DNA from: a virus
Taxonomy: Duplodnaviria; Caudoviricetes
DNA length: 39,755 nt
Direction: 5' to 3' (one strand)
Virus record (IMG/VR): IMGVR_UViG_3300037408_000299
Location: 1 to 39,755 of that record
The position numbers and the translations under genes are program-made. Numbering within the stretch: position 1 is the stretch's first letter; each line of letters opens with the position of its first letter. This document shows positions 17,090-25,235 of the stretch, in pieces. A model generated the notes under the pieces. It was given only the letters and a program-made list of their open reading frames with translations. It had not been told where the DNA came from and did not search any database.

Positions 17090-17469
17090 CACGGAGCCGC
17101 ATGTCGCTTCTTGACGTCGTCGGCAATCGACGCCAGTTTGTTGAACTGCCTCGACGACAGCCGGGAGAAGTCCTCGTGGTAGTTCTCGATGATATCGAGC
17201 ACGAAGTCGGCTTCCCATTGCGTCAACTTGAGCAGATGCGCCTTGAGCGCCGTGATGTTCTGCCGGGCGATGCGGTCCCGAATGGATTCCATGCGGAGGT
17301 CTCTCAGATGGTCGCAGAAGAGCATGAACATGATGAGCGCTCCGGCGCCGTAAGCATACGCCGACGACGCTGAGGCGAAGAATCCTGCCCAGTCATTGCC
17401 CCATGCGTCGATTGCCACCGAGACGCAGATGACGCAGAGCGCTGCGACGAGCAGCACGCCGAACGCCAT
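17089..17469 (-). CDS. Membrane protein with two hydrophobic segments and a C-terminal LTQWEADFV...LSSRQ domain
   Basis: Hydrophobic N-terminus; the WE.DF...LS.RQ motif is typical of small phage proteins. Start uncertain. Confidence 0.55.
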   Translation of the reverse strand: MAFGVLLVAALCVICVSVAIDAWGNDWAGFFASASSAYAYGAGALIMFMLFCDHLRDLRMESIRDRIARQNITALKAHLLKLTQWEADFVLDIIENYHEDFSRLSSRQFNKLASIADDVKKRHAAP

Positions 17470-17489
17470 CGGAAAGACGCCCCGCGCAT

Positions 17490-18047
17490 TCAGCGAGACC
17501 GCCCGCGCAGGTTTGAGGAAAGCACTTCGGCGATTGAGCGCGTCTCGCCTCTCGGCAGGTTTCCGCCCATCGTTGCGGCAAGCCAGCGCTGAGCGGCCTG
17601 ATGTTCTTGACATGTGAGTTCCTTTGCGTGTCGGCCCTTGCACGTCTCGCAAACCGGGAAGCAAGACGGGCAGAGGCCATCGACGAGCGCTGCGCCGCAA
17701 TCGGTGCAGGTCGTCGCTTCTTTCAGAGGCGCAGAGGCCGAGTCGGGTCTTCGCGTCGGCGTCACTGCGATGATGAATGAGTTGTAGTTCTTGACGAATG
17801 ACCGGAACTGATGCCGGTGCTGCGCGTGGTAGGTGTTCTGGAAGTAGACCTTCGCTCGCTTGACGATTTCGTCGCGGGGCCGGCCCTTGAGTTCGACGGC
17901 CCACTTGAGGTCTGCTTTCTGGATGACATATTCTTCGCCGGTGTACTTCTCTTCCCACATGGTAGCGAAGAGGTGCGCGATTTGCCAGACCTCATTCGGC
18001 TCGCGCTTCGGCTTCGGCGGTCGTGGCCCGAACAGGTCGTCACTCAT
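17490..18047 (-). CDS. Possible replication-initiator-like protein with C-terminal Cys zinc fingers
   Basis: Helical domain (F..MWEEKY...YF...H.FRSF...NSF) plus CxxC motifs, AAGGAG SD. Function inferred. Confidence 0.45.
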   Translation of the reverse strand: MSDDLFGPRPPKPKREPNEVWQIAHLFATMWEEKYTGEEYVIQKADLKWAVELKGRPRDEIVKRAKVYFQNTYHAQHRHQFRSFVKNYNSFIIAVTPTRRPDSASAPLKEATTCTDCGAALVDGLCPSCFPVCETCKGRHAKELTCQEHQAAQRWLAATMGGNLPRGETRSIAEVLSSNLRGRSR

Positions 18048-18392
18048 TCATTCTCCTTTCAGGGCGCAGCCGGACGACATCTCTTGTTCGTAGTGAATGC
18101 GGAATAGCGCATCGTCTTCGCGTTGTCTGGTGGCCCGATACATGTCCTCAAGCCTATTCATCGTTTGCCGTGCGGGGTCTTTATGTTGCCGCCCGACGAT
18201 TCTGTCCTGTACGCAGACACATGGGTATCGACCGTGACCGCCACAGAAGACACATCCATCATCACATCCGTTGCAGAACGCACACGGTCCAAAGCACGAT
18301 CCCCCCGCCCCGCCACAGAAGTCACAATCCGGCTCGGCAAGGTCTTCGCAGTACCTCTCCGACCACTCGATAAATGTTCGTCGCGGTTTCAT
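18048..18392 (-). CDS. Cys-rich, DnaJ-zinc-finger-like protein
   Basis: CDFCGGAG, CAFC and CVFCGGHG repeats. Confidence 0.65.
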   Translation of the reverse strand: MKPRRTFIEWSERYCEDLAEPDCDFCGGAGGSCFGPCAFCNGCDDGCVFCGGHGRYPCVCVQDRIVGRQHKDPARQTMNRLEDMYRATRQREDDALFRIHYEQEMSSGCALKGE

Positions 18393-18622
18393 TTCGACAA
18401 CCTCCACAGGGACTCCCAATTGTGCAGAGCGCACATCCACGCGGCAAGAAAAATCAACAGGTCGAGTATGGCGAATACCATATGCTCGACGTAGTTATTG
18501 ACCGTATGACCGCCAAGGATAAATGCCGACCATACCCACGGCGGAATTGCTGTTAGAAACGCCATCAGTTGGAGGAGCGCAAACACCAACAAGAGCCGAA
18601 GGACGAACTCAACCCGTGTCAT
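18389..18622 (-). CDS. Small membrane protein
   Basis: Two or three hydrophobic segments; coupled at both ends. Confidence 0.6.
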   Translation of the reverse strand: MTRVEFVLRLLLVFALLQLMAFLTAIPPWVWSAFILGGHTVNNYVEHMVFAILDLLIFLAAWMCALHNWESLWRLSK

Positions 18623-18900
18623 TTGCCAGCCTCCGTTAAGGCGCGGTCGATGCGGTCTGCTACTTGAATCCGCAACCGCCTCTGTTCGCTGAAACTCTCG
18701 GATGATGGGTCAAGGGCGCGTAATGCGTCACGCAATAGTCCCGTCCACTTCTCCCTCTCCTCGGCACGGATGGCGGCTTCCATCTCGGCACGGGCGGCGG
18801 AGAGGACGGTACGGACAACATCTTCTACCATGCCCTCGTTCCAGACGGCGGTTTCGTCTATCCACACACGCCAAGTCCAAATCTGCTTTTTGTCACCCAT
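18619..18900 (-). CDS. Hypothetical protein (93 aa)
   Basis: MGDKKQIW..., AGGAG SD. Confidence 0.6.
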   Translation of the reverse strand: MGDKKQIWTWRVWIDETAVWNEGMVEDVVRTVLSAARAEMEAAIRAEEREKWTGLLRDALRALDPSSESFSEQRRLRIQVADRIDRALTEAGK

Positions 18901-18901
18901 T

Positions 18902-19201
18902 TCACTCCTCCTTGACCTTGATGGGTTTGCCACAACCGACAAATGGACAGAACACAATCCCATTGGGGAGGTCGGGACGCTTCGGAATGAGACGTGTCTT
19001 GACGCCGCAACCCGTCTCGGTTCTATGCGTCACATCGTTCCACTTCCATTCGCACACCTCCCGCTCCTTCGTGGCGGCGGCATAGCCAGCATCGAACATG
19101 AACCGAGAACGGCTGTGCGATTCGTTGAATGTGCCGTTGAACGTGCGCTCTGTCAGTTCTTTCATCGCCGCATTGAACGCGGCCTCCTTCTCACTACTCA
19201 T
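18902..19201 (-). CDS. Hypothetical zinc-binding protein
   Basis: CEW...TGCG...FCPFVGCGKPI motif. Confidence 0.65.
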   Translation of the reverse strand: MSSEKEAAFNAAMKELTERTFNGTFNESHSRSRFMFDAGYAAATKEREVCEWKWNDVTHRTETGCGVKTRLIPKRPDLPNGIVFCPFVGCGKPIKVKEE

Positions 19202-19494
19202 GGTCTTCCTCCTTCGGGGTTAGGGGGGTGGGATTGCGTGTTGGATCTCTTGGACGCGATGATTTCTACCAACTGTCGAGACGTTATCTCCATAGCACCC
19301 AACCTCACAGCCCTTTCGCGTTTGGCCTTGCAGATGTCGAAATGCTCGTTCGGCGTTCCGCGCTTTTGGATGTGCTGACGCGCAACCCCGATAGCGTCTG
19401 CCATCTGCAACAGTTCGGTTCGCGTGTCTGCAATCATGTGACACATGAGCATCCGACCGTATTTGGCAAAAGACCTGTCAACGTAAACGCTCAT
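19198..19494 (-). CDS. DUF4031 family protein
   Basis: MSVYVD...MCHMIAD..ELLQMADAIG...HFDI...R.RAV.LGA. Confidence 0.85.
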   Translation of the reverse strand: MSVYVDRSFAKYGRMLMCHMIADTRTELLQMADAIGVARQHIQKRGTPNEHFDICKAKRERAVRLGAMEITSRQLVEIIASKRSNTQSHPPNPEGGRP

Positions 19495-19703
19495 GCCTTG
19501 AACTCCACCTCCTCGCCACGACGGGCGGCTTCTCCACCGATACGGGCGGCCTCCGTTAGGGCGGCGGCGAATAGTGCGCGTGACTTCTCGTTCAGGTCGG
19601 GCGGTAGGTGAGAGCCGACGCATTTCTCAACGTCGGTCAGTTTGGCATCCGCCCACGATTTATCGAGGCATTCTCTCCATCTCGGCAGTTTGATGGTTTC
19701 CAT
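19491..19703 (-). CDS. Hypothetical protein (70 aa)
   Basis: AAGGAG SD; coupled ORF. Confidence 0.6.
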   Translation of the reverse strand: METIKLPRWRECLDKSWADAKLTDVEKCVGSHLPPDLNEKSRALFAAALTEAARIGGEAARRGEEVEFKA

Positions 19704-19704
19704 G

Positions 19705-19887
19705 TCAGGACTCCTTCGGCGGGATTAGTCCTTCCTTGTGCGCCCTCGCTATCCAGTATGCTTGTTTCGTCATCGCCGCGTCTGCTTGTGCAATACGGAT
19801 TAGCCACGTCTCACGCGGGTCATGCGGTATGATGTTCGTCATAGAACGCTCTCCCGCTAGCCATGCAATGGCCTCATCCAGTTTCAT
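19705..19887 (-). CDS. Hypothetical protein (60 aa)
   Basis: GGAGG SD; tight packing with neighbours. Confidence 0.6.
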   Translation of the reverse strand: MKLDEAIAWLAGERSMTNIIPHDPRETWLIRIAQADAAMTKQAYWIARAHKEGLIPPKES

Positions 19888-19890
19888 CGC

Positions 19891-20151
19891 TCATCCCTCC
19901 TTCGTGTTGTGTCGCTTGTTTTCCGGCTTCGGCTCCCACTGCTCGCCCTTCGGTCCGCAGGCGTCGTTCTTCGCGTAGCGACGCTTCGCGCAGATGACCG
20001 GCACGACATCGCCCTTGACCGGGTCGCGCTCCAGCGACGGATGGATGCACTCGGGACGTATCGGTCCCTCCTGCAACCATCGGCACGTTGTGCAGAATTT
20101 CCCTTGCATGATGTTCTCAGATTGGTAGGACTTCTTTCGGTGAGCGTACAT
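19891..20151 (-). CDS. Cys-rich hypothetical protein
   Basis: FCTTCRW...CIHP...C...CGPKGEQWE motif. Confidence 0.6.
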   Translation of the reverse strand: MYAHRKKSYQSENIMQGKFCTTCRWLQEGPIRPECIHPSLERDPVKGDVVPVICAKRRYAKNDACGPKGEQWEPKPENKRHNTKEG

Positions 20152-20154
20152 GAC

Positions 20155-20645
20155 GACTCTTTATCCCCGCATCTTCCGAGACTCGGTCGATACGGTCGGT
20201 CCGTACTGCCAGCCACAAGAGCCGAGTCCCCGCTTACAAACTACCACGCGCTCGGTTTCATTCGCTCCCGGTACTACCTGCAACGGTGATGCGGGTCGCC
20301 GGTTGACAGTCGTAGGTCAGAGCCGGACATCTTGAGGAGCGTACTCCGTGACTCTTTCTCGGTCTTCACTTCGTTGCGCTAGGGCGATGACGGACGCCCA
20401 CTGCCTTCCACCGATGACCGAGAGAAAAAGAAAACCCGACACGCCTGAGAACGATTGACTGTCGAGGTCGAAATCGCACACGAGCGGCGTGCCGGGTTGG
20501 GTTTGAAGCCCAAAGGCGTATGTAACTCGTGCGCGTTCCATTCGACTCTCGACACAGAAATAATACAAGGTCGGGAGCAAAAAGTAAATAGCCCCCGACC
20601 TCGCCTAGAGTCTCAATCGTTTCGTCGGTTTTCTTTTCTCTTTTT
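20155..20645 (-). promoter_or_regulatory. Structured RNA leader / attenuator with internal promoter, terminator and upstream antiterminator
   Basis: Promoter TTTACT (20588-20583), 17 nt, TATTAT (20565-20560). Alternative helices, a terminator stem with U-tract (20498-20421), and a three-block inverted repeat (20641-20596 vs 20470-20421). Confidence 0.7.
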
Positions 20646-20652
20646 TCTGTTG

Positions 20653-21210
20653 TCAGAACGGGAGGTCGTCGTCCTTGCCGGTCGGCGCAGCACCCGTCAC
20701 CGCAGGCGGCTTCGCCTTATACTCGGCGAGCAACGCCTTGAAGCGCTCCGCCATCGGTCCCCAGTCGGTCGTCTCTTTGCCGTTGACCTTGACCTTCTGC
20801 GGCATCGGCCAGTTCTCCTTGTCGGCGGGAATCGTCTCGCCGCTCTGCTTCATCCAGCAGAACGAGACCTTCTCATTGCCGCCTTCGGCCCCGCTGACGC
20901 CGATGGTGAGCGGCTTCGAGAAGTCGATGCGCTTGAAGCGCGACGCGAAGCCCTGCCCGAACCATGACATCAGCGTGAACTTGAGGCGCATCTTCTTGTC
21001 GTCGCCCGCTGCGTCCGGGTCCTCGACGTTCACGATGACGACGTCGCGATGCTGGCCCTGATACTCGTCGTCCTCGATGGCGACCGAGCGCACGAAGCCC
21101 GTGATGGCGCGGCACGACTTCCGGTGGCCTTCGCTGTCCTTCTTGCCATACCACATGAGCCCTTTGCTCACGTTGACGAACAGTTGGTCGTTGCCCTGGT
21201 TGATGCCCAT
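20653..21210 (-). CDS. ssb: Single-stranded DNA-binding protein (putative)
   Basis: Beta-rich core and acidic C-terminal DDDLPF tail; downstream of the exonuclease. Confidence 0.7.
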   Translation of the reverse strand: MGINQGNDQLFVNVSKGLMWYGKKDSEGHRKSCRAITGFVRSVAIEDDEYQGQHRDVVIVNVEDPDAAGDDKKMRLKFTLMSWFGQGFASRFKRIDFSKPLTIGVSGAEGGNEKVSFCWMKQSGETIPADKENWPMPQKVKVNGKETTDWGPMAERFKALLAEYKAKPPAVTGAAPTGKDDDLPF

Positions 21211-21228
21211 GATGGAGAGCCCCTTGTG

Positions 21229-21417
21229 TTAGAACTGCATGAAGAGAATGACGGCCGCCGCGATGGCGACGGCTCCGTTGAGCGCCATGCGCCTTCGGTC
21301 CGAGGCGCGGGTGTAGGATTCGACTCGCGGATAGCGCTCGACCGCGAGATTGACAGACAGCATCAGCGCCGACAGCAGATGCAGAATGCCGACGACGAGC
21401 GTGAAGGTTTCAGCCAT
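21229..21417 (-). CDS. Small two-TM membrane protein
   Basis: Two hydrophobic helices in 62 aa. Confidence 0.55.
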   Translation of the reverse strand: MAETFTLVVGILHLLSALMLSVNLAVERYPRVESYTRASDRRRMALNGAVAIAAAVILFMQF

Positions 21418-21661
21418 TGAACAGGTCGTTCGTGTTGCGACACCTGAGCGTCACGTTGTCGGGCAGGATGCTCGACTCCATGTGCTCGCAGACGGCGTCG
21501 TATTGTGCTTTCGTGAGTTCGGTCGTCGAGCGGACGCCGAAGTTGGCCTCGATGAGTCTCAGGACACCCGCGTGTGTCCAATGGTGCGACGTCGCGATGG
21601 TGTAGAGGCGTTTGATTTGCCCCTGTGTGATGACGCCCGACGACTCCGGGTCGATGCCCAT
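21410..21661 (-). CDS. Small helical protein resembling the C-terminal domain of phage recombinases
   Basis: ITQGQIKRLYTIA...STTELTKAQYDAVC motif. Confidence 0.6.
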   Translation of the reverse strand: MGIDPESSGVITQGQIKRLYTIATSHHWTHAGVLRLIEANFGVRSTTELTKAQYDAVCEHMESSILPDNVTLRCRNTNDLFNG

Positions 21662-21662
21662 G

Positions 21663-22496
21663 CTACATGATTCCTTGCTCGTTCGCCGTCGGGAATATAT
21701 CGGTTGACGGCTGACCGAGCACGACAATGTCGCCCACGCCTTCTGCCTTCGGAATCGAGACCGAGAGCATCGCCGGAAAGTCTCGCTGATACGGCTGTGC
21801 GTTCGCGTTCTCTTGATTCCAGAACGTGAGCGCGGCGAGAAACAGGTCGAAGCGCGGCTCGATGACGGTGAACTTGTAGCCCTTCTTGTTCCGTCCGTAG
21901 CCGACCTGCAAGATAGCGAGTTTGTCATTCAGCGCGTCGGGGAATTGCGAGTAGGCCGACAACTGAGCGACGTGAGACGGGTAGATATCCTTCGAGGTCT
22001 TGAGGTCAATCGTCCAAATTTCCTGACCGATTCGCATGCGGATGTCCCGCGTTCCGGCGAAGCCGTATTCCTCGTTGATGCCGACGACTTCGAGCCCGAG
22101 CAGTTCGACATCGCCCGCGTGCTCAGTCATGAGGTCGGAGAGCCAGAGGTGGAACGACATGACCGCCTCGTATTCCTCTGCGGTGAGTTCTTTCTCGTTG
22201 CCGTCCGAGTCTGGCAGCACGTCGTCGAGCGTGATTTGTCCGGCGAGCAGAAGCCGCTCGATGGCATTGTGAACGCGCCCGCCTTTCTCGCCCGCTTCCT
22301 TCTTGAGCCGCTCCATCTCGTCGAAGCCCCGCGTCCCAAGCGCCTGCAGGAAGCCGTAGCCCTTTGGGACGTAGTTGCAGACCCATGTGACGGACTTATA
22401 GAAGTCCATCGTGGATTGCTTCTGGTACCATCGCTCGTCAACGGTCGTAATTTGAACGAGGCCGTCTTCTTTGGTCTTGCGAATTTCACGCTTCAT
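21663..22496 (-). CDS. PD-(D/E)XK exonuclease (RecB/Cas4-like superfamily)
   Basis: SVT, G.RVH, GFAGTRD, IDLKTS and QLSAY motifs. Confidence 0.88.
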   Translation of the reverse strand: MKREIRKTKEDGLVQITTVDERWYQKQSTMDFYKSVTWVCNYVPKGYGFLQALGTRGFDEMERLKKEAGEKGGRVHNAIERLLLAGQITLDDVLPDSDGNEKELTAEEYEAVMSFHLWLSDLMTEHAGDVELLGLEVVGINEEYGFAGTRDIRMRIGQEIWTIDLKTSKDIYPSHVAQLSAYSQFPDALNDKLAILQVGYGRNKKGYKFTVIEPRFDLFLAALTFWNQENANAQPYQRDFPAMLSVSIPKAEGVGDIVVLGQPSTDIFPTANEQGIM

Positions 22497-22680
22497 AGAG
22501 CGCGTCCTTCATGCTGGTGATGACTTCTTTCACTGTTGATGTCGCGCCATCGACCTGTCCGGCAAGGTAGGCCACCCGCGCGACATTTCGCTGTTCGTCG
22601 GTCATTCCGACGACGACACACAACTTCTCGATGGCATCCGGCATCTTAGAGACCGTCTGCTTCTCCAGTTCTATTGACAT
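22486..22680 (-). CDS. Hypothetical protein (64 aa)
   Basis: MSIELEKQ...; tight packing with neighbours. Confidence 0.55.
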   Translation of the reverse strand: MSIELEKQTVSKMPDAIEKLCVVVGMTDEQRNVARVAYLAGQVDGATSTVKEVITSMKDALYEA

Positions 22681-22684
22681 GCGC

Positions 22685-22912
22685 TCACCGTCCGTTCTTT
22701 TGAATCCAGAGCACAAGCGCCTCGACGAGTGCGTCCGGCACATTCTGCTCTTTTTCTTTCGCCAGCATCCCAAAACGCTTCCAGAGTCCTTGCGGGATGC
22801 CCTTCGCGCTCACGGCACGACGCCGGAGTCGCTTGTCGCTCGCCTTCACCTTGCCGCTGACGAGCGCATCTGCCTCTTGATAGAGGAACTCGAACTGCTT
22901 TTTCTTTGCCAC
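22685..22912 (-). CDS. Probable ribbon-helix-helix DNA-binding regulator
   Basis: AVSAKGIPQGLWKRFGMLAKEKEQNVPDALVEALVLWI fits the RHH pattern. GTG start with AAGGA SD. Confidence 0.6.
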   Translation of the reverse strand: MAKKKQFEFLYQEADALVSGKVKASDKRLRRRAVSAKGIPQGLWKRFGMLAKEKEQNVPDALVEALVLWIQKNGR

Positions 22913-22916
22913 GTTT

Positions 22917-23282
22917 TCATCCTTTCGTTGTAAAGAGGTCAGCAGGAATGTAAGGGGAATCCCCCTCACTTGAAAGGTGCGCGCGGTAGATATTGGCCGA
23001 GCCATAGGAGCCGCGCGGCATGAAATTGTAAAGGAAGTATGACAGGTCCCAAAGGGCGTGCCGGTTGTGGTGGTCGGCATGGGCCGCTGCTGCGAGCAGG
23101 TTGCTCTCGAGGACTGCCTGCGTGAACGAGCCGGGCGTCTGCTTGAAGTAGAGGTAGCGTAGCATCGTTTCAATCTGCTCCGCTCGGACGCGATACGCCC
23201 CGCCTTCGATGCACTCCGAGGTCAGTCGGGCTGTCTCGTTGGCGATGAAGGCCAGCAACTTCTCTGCCTGTTCTCCGGTCAT
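22917..23282 (-). CDS. Hypothetical phage protein
   Basis: PGSFTQAVLESNL..A...AD..N...L...FLYN..P..SYGS motif. Confidence 0.7.
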   Translation of the reverse strand: MTGEQAEKLLAFIANETARLTSECIEGGAYRVRAEQIETMLRYLYFKQTPGSFTQAVLESNLLAAAAHADHHNRHALWDLSYFLYNFMPRGSYGSANIYRAHLSSEGDSPYIPADLFTTKG

Positions 23283-23461
23283 GGTTTGCACTCCTTTACG
23301 CTGAGGATGGCGATGGGCCTGTGACCCGCCTGTTGCAGTTTCCCTTTGGCCAACGCCTTCAAGTGCTCGTCTTTGAGTGTTGCGACGGGAAGCATACGCA
23401 CGACGGTCGTGCGCTGCTTTCCGTCGGCGCCTCGCCAGTCAACCACATAGTGCTCGCTCAT
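23279..23461 (-). CDS. Hypothetical protein (60 aa)
   Basis: ATGA coupling at both ends. Confidence 0.6.
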   Translation of the reverse strand: MSEHYVVDWRGADGKQRTTVVRMLPVATLKDEHLKALAKGKLQQAGHRPIAILSVKECKP

Positions 23462-24354
23462 GCTTCATCCATGTCGAAGAGACGCGCCGGCCGGTTGACC
23501 AGCATCTTGTCGAGCGTCGCCTTGACGTCCTCGAACTGCGCCGCGATGGCCTTCCGTGACTTCGGGTTCTTGCGGAGCGTCTCGCCGCTTGTGCTTCCGA
23601 TGATGGCCTTCGCCTTTTCCACAAGCCCAGCCAGCTCGTCGTCGTCCATGAGGTTCTTGGCCTCGAACGTCTCGAAGAACTCGGACAGGTTCGCGACGAG
23701 CGACTCTTTGATGATGGGCGGCTTCTTGCCCGGCTCAATCTTCAAGCGCTCGACCGCATGTTCGATGACCTGCTTGAATCCCTCGCGCAAGGCGAAAAGG
23801 ATTTCCTGCTCGGCATCGATGAACTTCTTTCGGAGCTTGTCGGCTTCCTGCTGGCGCAACTTCGCCGGGATATTCTCCGGCACGCCGAAACCTATCCACG
23901 CCCAGTCGATGTCGAAGCGACTCGTCAACAGGTTCGCCGCCGGGTAGTCGTTCTGGTCGTAAAGGTCGCCGAGTGCGTCGCTCGCCTTCGTGACCGCATC
24001 GGGATAGGCCGCGACGAATGCCGGGACAAGTTCGTCGCGCATCTTCTTCAGACTCTTCGCCAGATGTTCCTCAAACACCGGGACTTGGTCGAGTTTGACA
24101 ACGTAGATGCCCGCCTTCAAGAATGACGGCATGCAACGAGCCATGCACCACGCCTTCGTCTCGTGCAGGTGACGCCGGAGCGCGACGAGTTCGTCGGACT
24201 CGATGAGGTGCTTCGTCAGTGAGAGTTGCCGCTTGTCAGCTGAGACCTTGACGGCGCTCATGTCGGCCTTCTTGCGGTTGCCCCATTGCGAGAGCGTCAT
24301 CGTGAAGAGCGTCGCTCGCTTGAGCAGGTCGGATTCGATTAGTCGGGGAGCCAT
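23458..24354 (-). CDS. DUF3150-like helical protein
   Basis: SQWGNRKK...LTKHL...PSFLKAGIYVV...LGDLYDQNDYP..F.IDW pattern; near the DUF1257 module. Confidence 0.6.
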   Translation of the reverse strand: MAPRLIESDLLKRATLFTMTLSQWGNRKKADMSAVKVSADKRQLSLTKHLIESDELVALRRHLHETKAWCMARCMPSFLKAGIYVVKLDQVPVFEEHLAKSLKKMRDELVPAFVAAYPDAVTKASDALGDLYDQNDYPAANLLTSRFDIDWAWIGFGVPENIPAKLRQQEADKLRKKFIDAEQEILFALREGFKQVIEHAVERLKIEPGKKPPIIKESLVANLSEFFETFEAKNLMDDDELAGLVEKAKAIIGSTSGETLRKNPKSRKAIAAQFEDVKATLDKMLVNRPARLFDMDEA

Positions 24355-24355
24355 G

Positions 24356-24535
24356 TCATTCCTCTGTTGAGATGAACCGCGTCTGACGCGGTCGTGGTTT
24401 TGGTTTCGCGCTGACGTCGGCCTTGCGTCGGACCGCCTTCATCGCCTTGGAGAGCGCTCGGACGGCGCGTGTGAGTTTGGTCAACTGCCGATATTGCTCG
24501 TCGAACAATTCGTCGAGCGTCTTACGGCGTGCCAT
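24356..24535 (-). CDS. Small basic coiled-coil protein
   Basis: MARRKTLDELFDEQY...; ends in TRFISTEE. Confidence 0.5.
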   Translation of the reverse strand: MARRKTLDELFDEQYRQLTKLTRAVRALSKAMKAVRRKADVSAKPKPRPRQTRFISTEE

Positions 24536-25235
24536 AGGACTGCACCTTGACGTACTGCGGAGCCACAACAATCTCGCTCTCGTCACGTTGCTCGAAGTAG
24601 GCGATGATGTGCGCCTTCGGAACAGTCGCCGTGACGAGCACCGGCTCGCGGTGTTTCGTCTTGAAGCGGTTAGCGAACCAGCGAGCGCGATTGTGGTCGG
24701 TCGTCCACGACCAGCCGAGTTCGTTCCTTCCTTTCGTTGCTCCACGATAGATGATGACGGGGTCGGGAAGCGCTGCGAGAACCTTCTGCTCGCTCTTTGT
24801 CATGATGTGCTTCCGGTCGGTCGGTGTCGCCGTGCGCGGTCCGGCGAAGAGTCGCGGGAAGACCCCTTGATACTGCCAGACGTTCTCGCTGTCCTGCCAC
24901 ACTTCGGCGAGCAATCGGAACCAGCGACGACCATTAATGACCGCCTCGATGGCGAGCAAGTGCGTCATGGCGTCCCACCGATACGGCCGCTCATGAAAGA
25001 ACACGAAGCGCTCGAACTTGCTCGACCGCAACGCGTCCTCGGTTGCCTTCGACTTCATCCGGTACTGAGCATTGAGGAACGCGTTCAACGCCGGATGATA
25101 CGGCACCGAGAACACGAGCGGGTGTCGGAGCATCGCGAACGGCTTCGCGTGCGGCTCAAGATACGGGCGCAGCGCCGGGTCGAGCGGTTCTTTCTTTCCG
25201 ACCAATTGGTCGATGTCTTGGATGGTCATGTTCAT
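24522..25235 (-). CDS. ADP-ribosyltransferase-like protein (R-S-E type)
   Basis: IIYRG, GWSWTT and ESEIVV give the catalytic-like triad. Confidence 0.65.
   Translation of the reverse strand: MNMTIQDIDQLVGKKEPLDPALRPYLEPHAKPFAMLRHPLVFSVPYHPALNAFLNAQYRMKSKATEDALRSSKFERFVFFHERPYRWDAMTHLLAIEAVINGRRWFRLLAEVWQDSENVWQYQGVFPRLFAGPRTATPTDRKHIMTKSEQKVLAALPDPVIIYRGATKGRNELGWSWTTDHNRARWFANRFKTKHREPVLVTATVPKAHIIAYFEQRDESEIVVAPQYVKVQSYGTP

Noticed and set aside
20303-20333. Plus-strand antisense promoter starting at TTGACA
   Set aside because: No acceptable -10 at 16-18 nt spacing.
20317-20580. 87-aa ORF across the attenuator
   Set aside because: Its TTG start lies inside the promoter spacer with no SD; the region is better explained as structured RNA.
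21663-22496. Cas4 or a CRISPR system
   Set aside because: No Fe-S cysteine cluster, no other cas genes and no repeat-spacer array seen; it is an ordinary phage PD-(D/E)XK nuclease.
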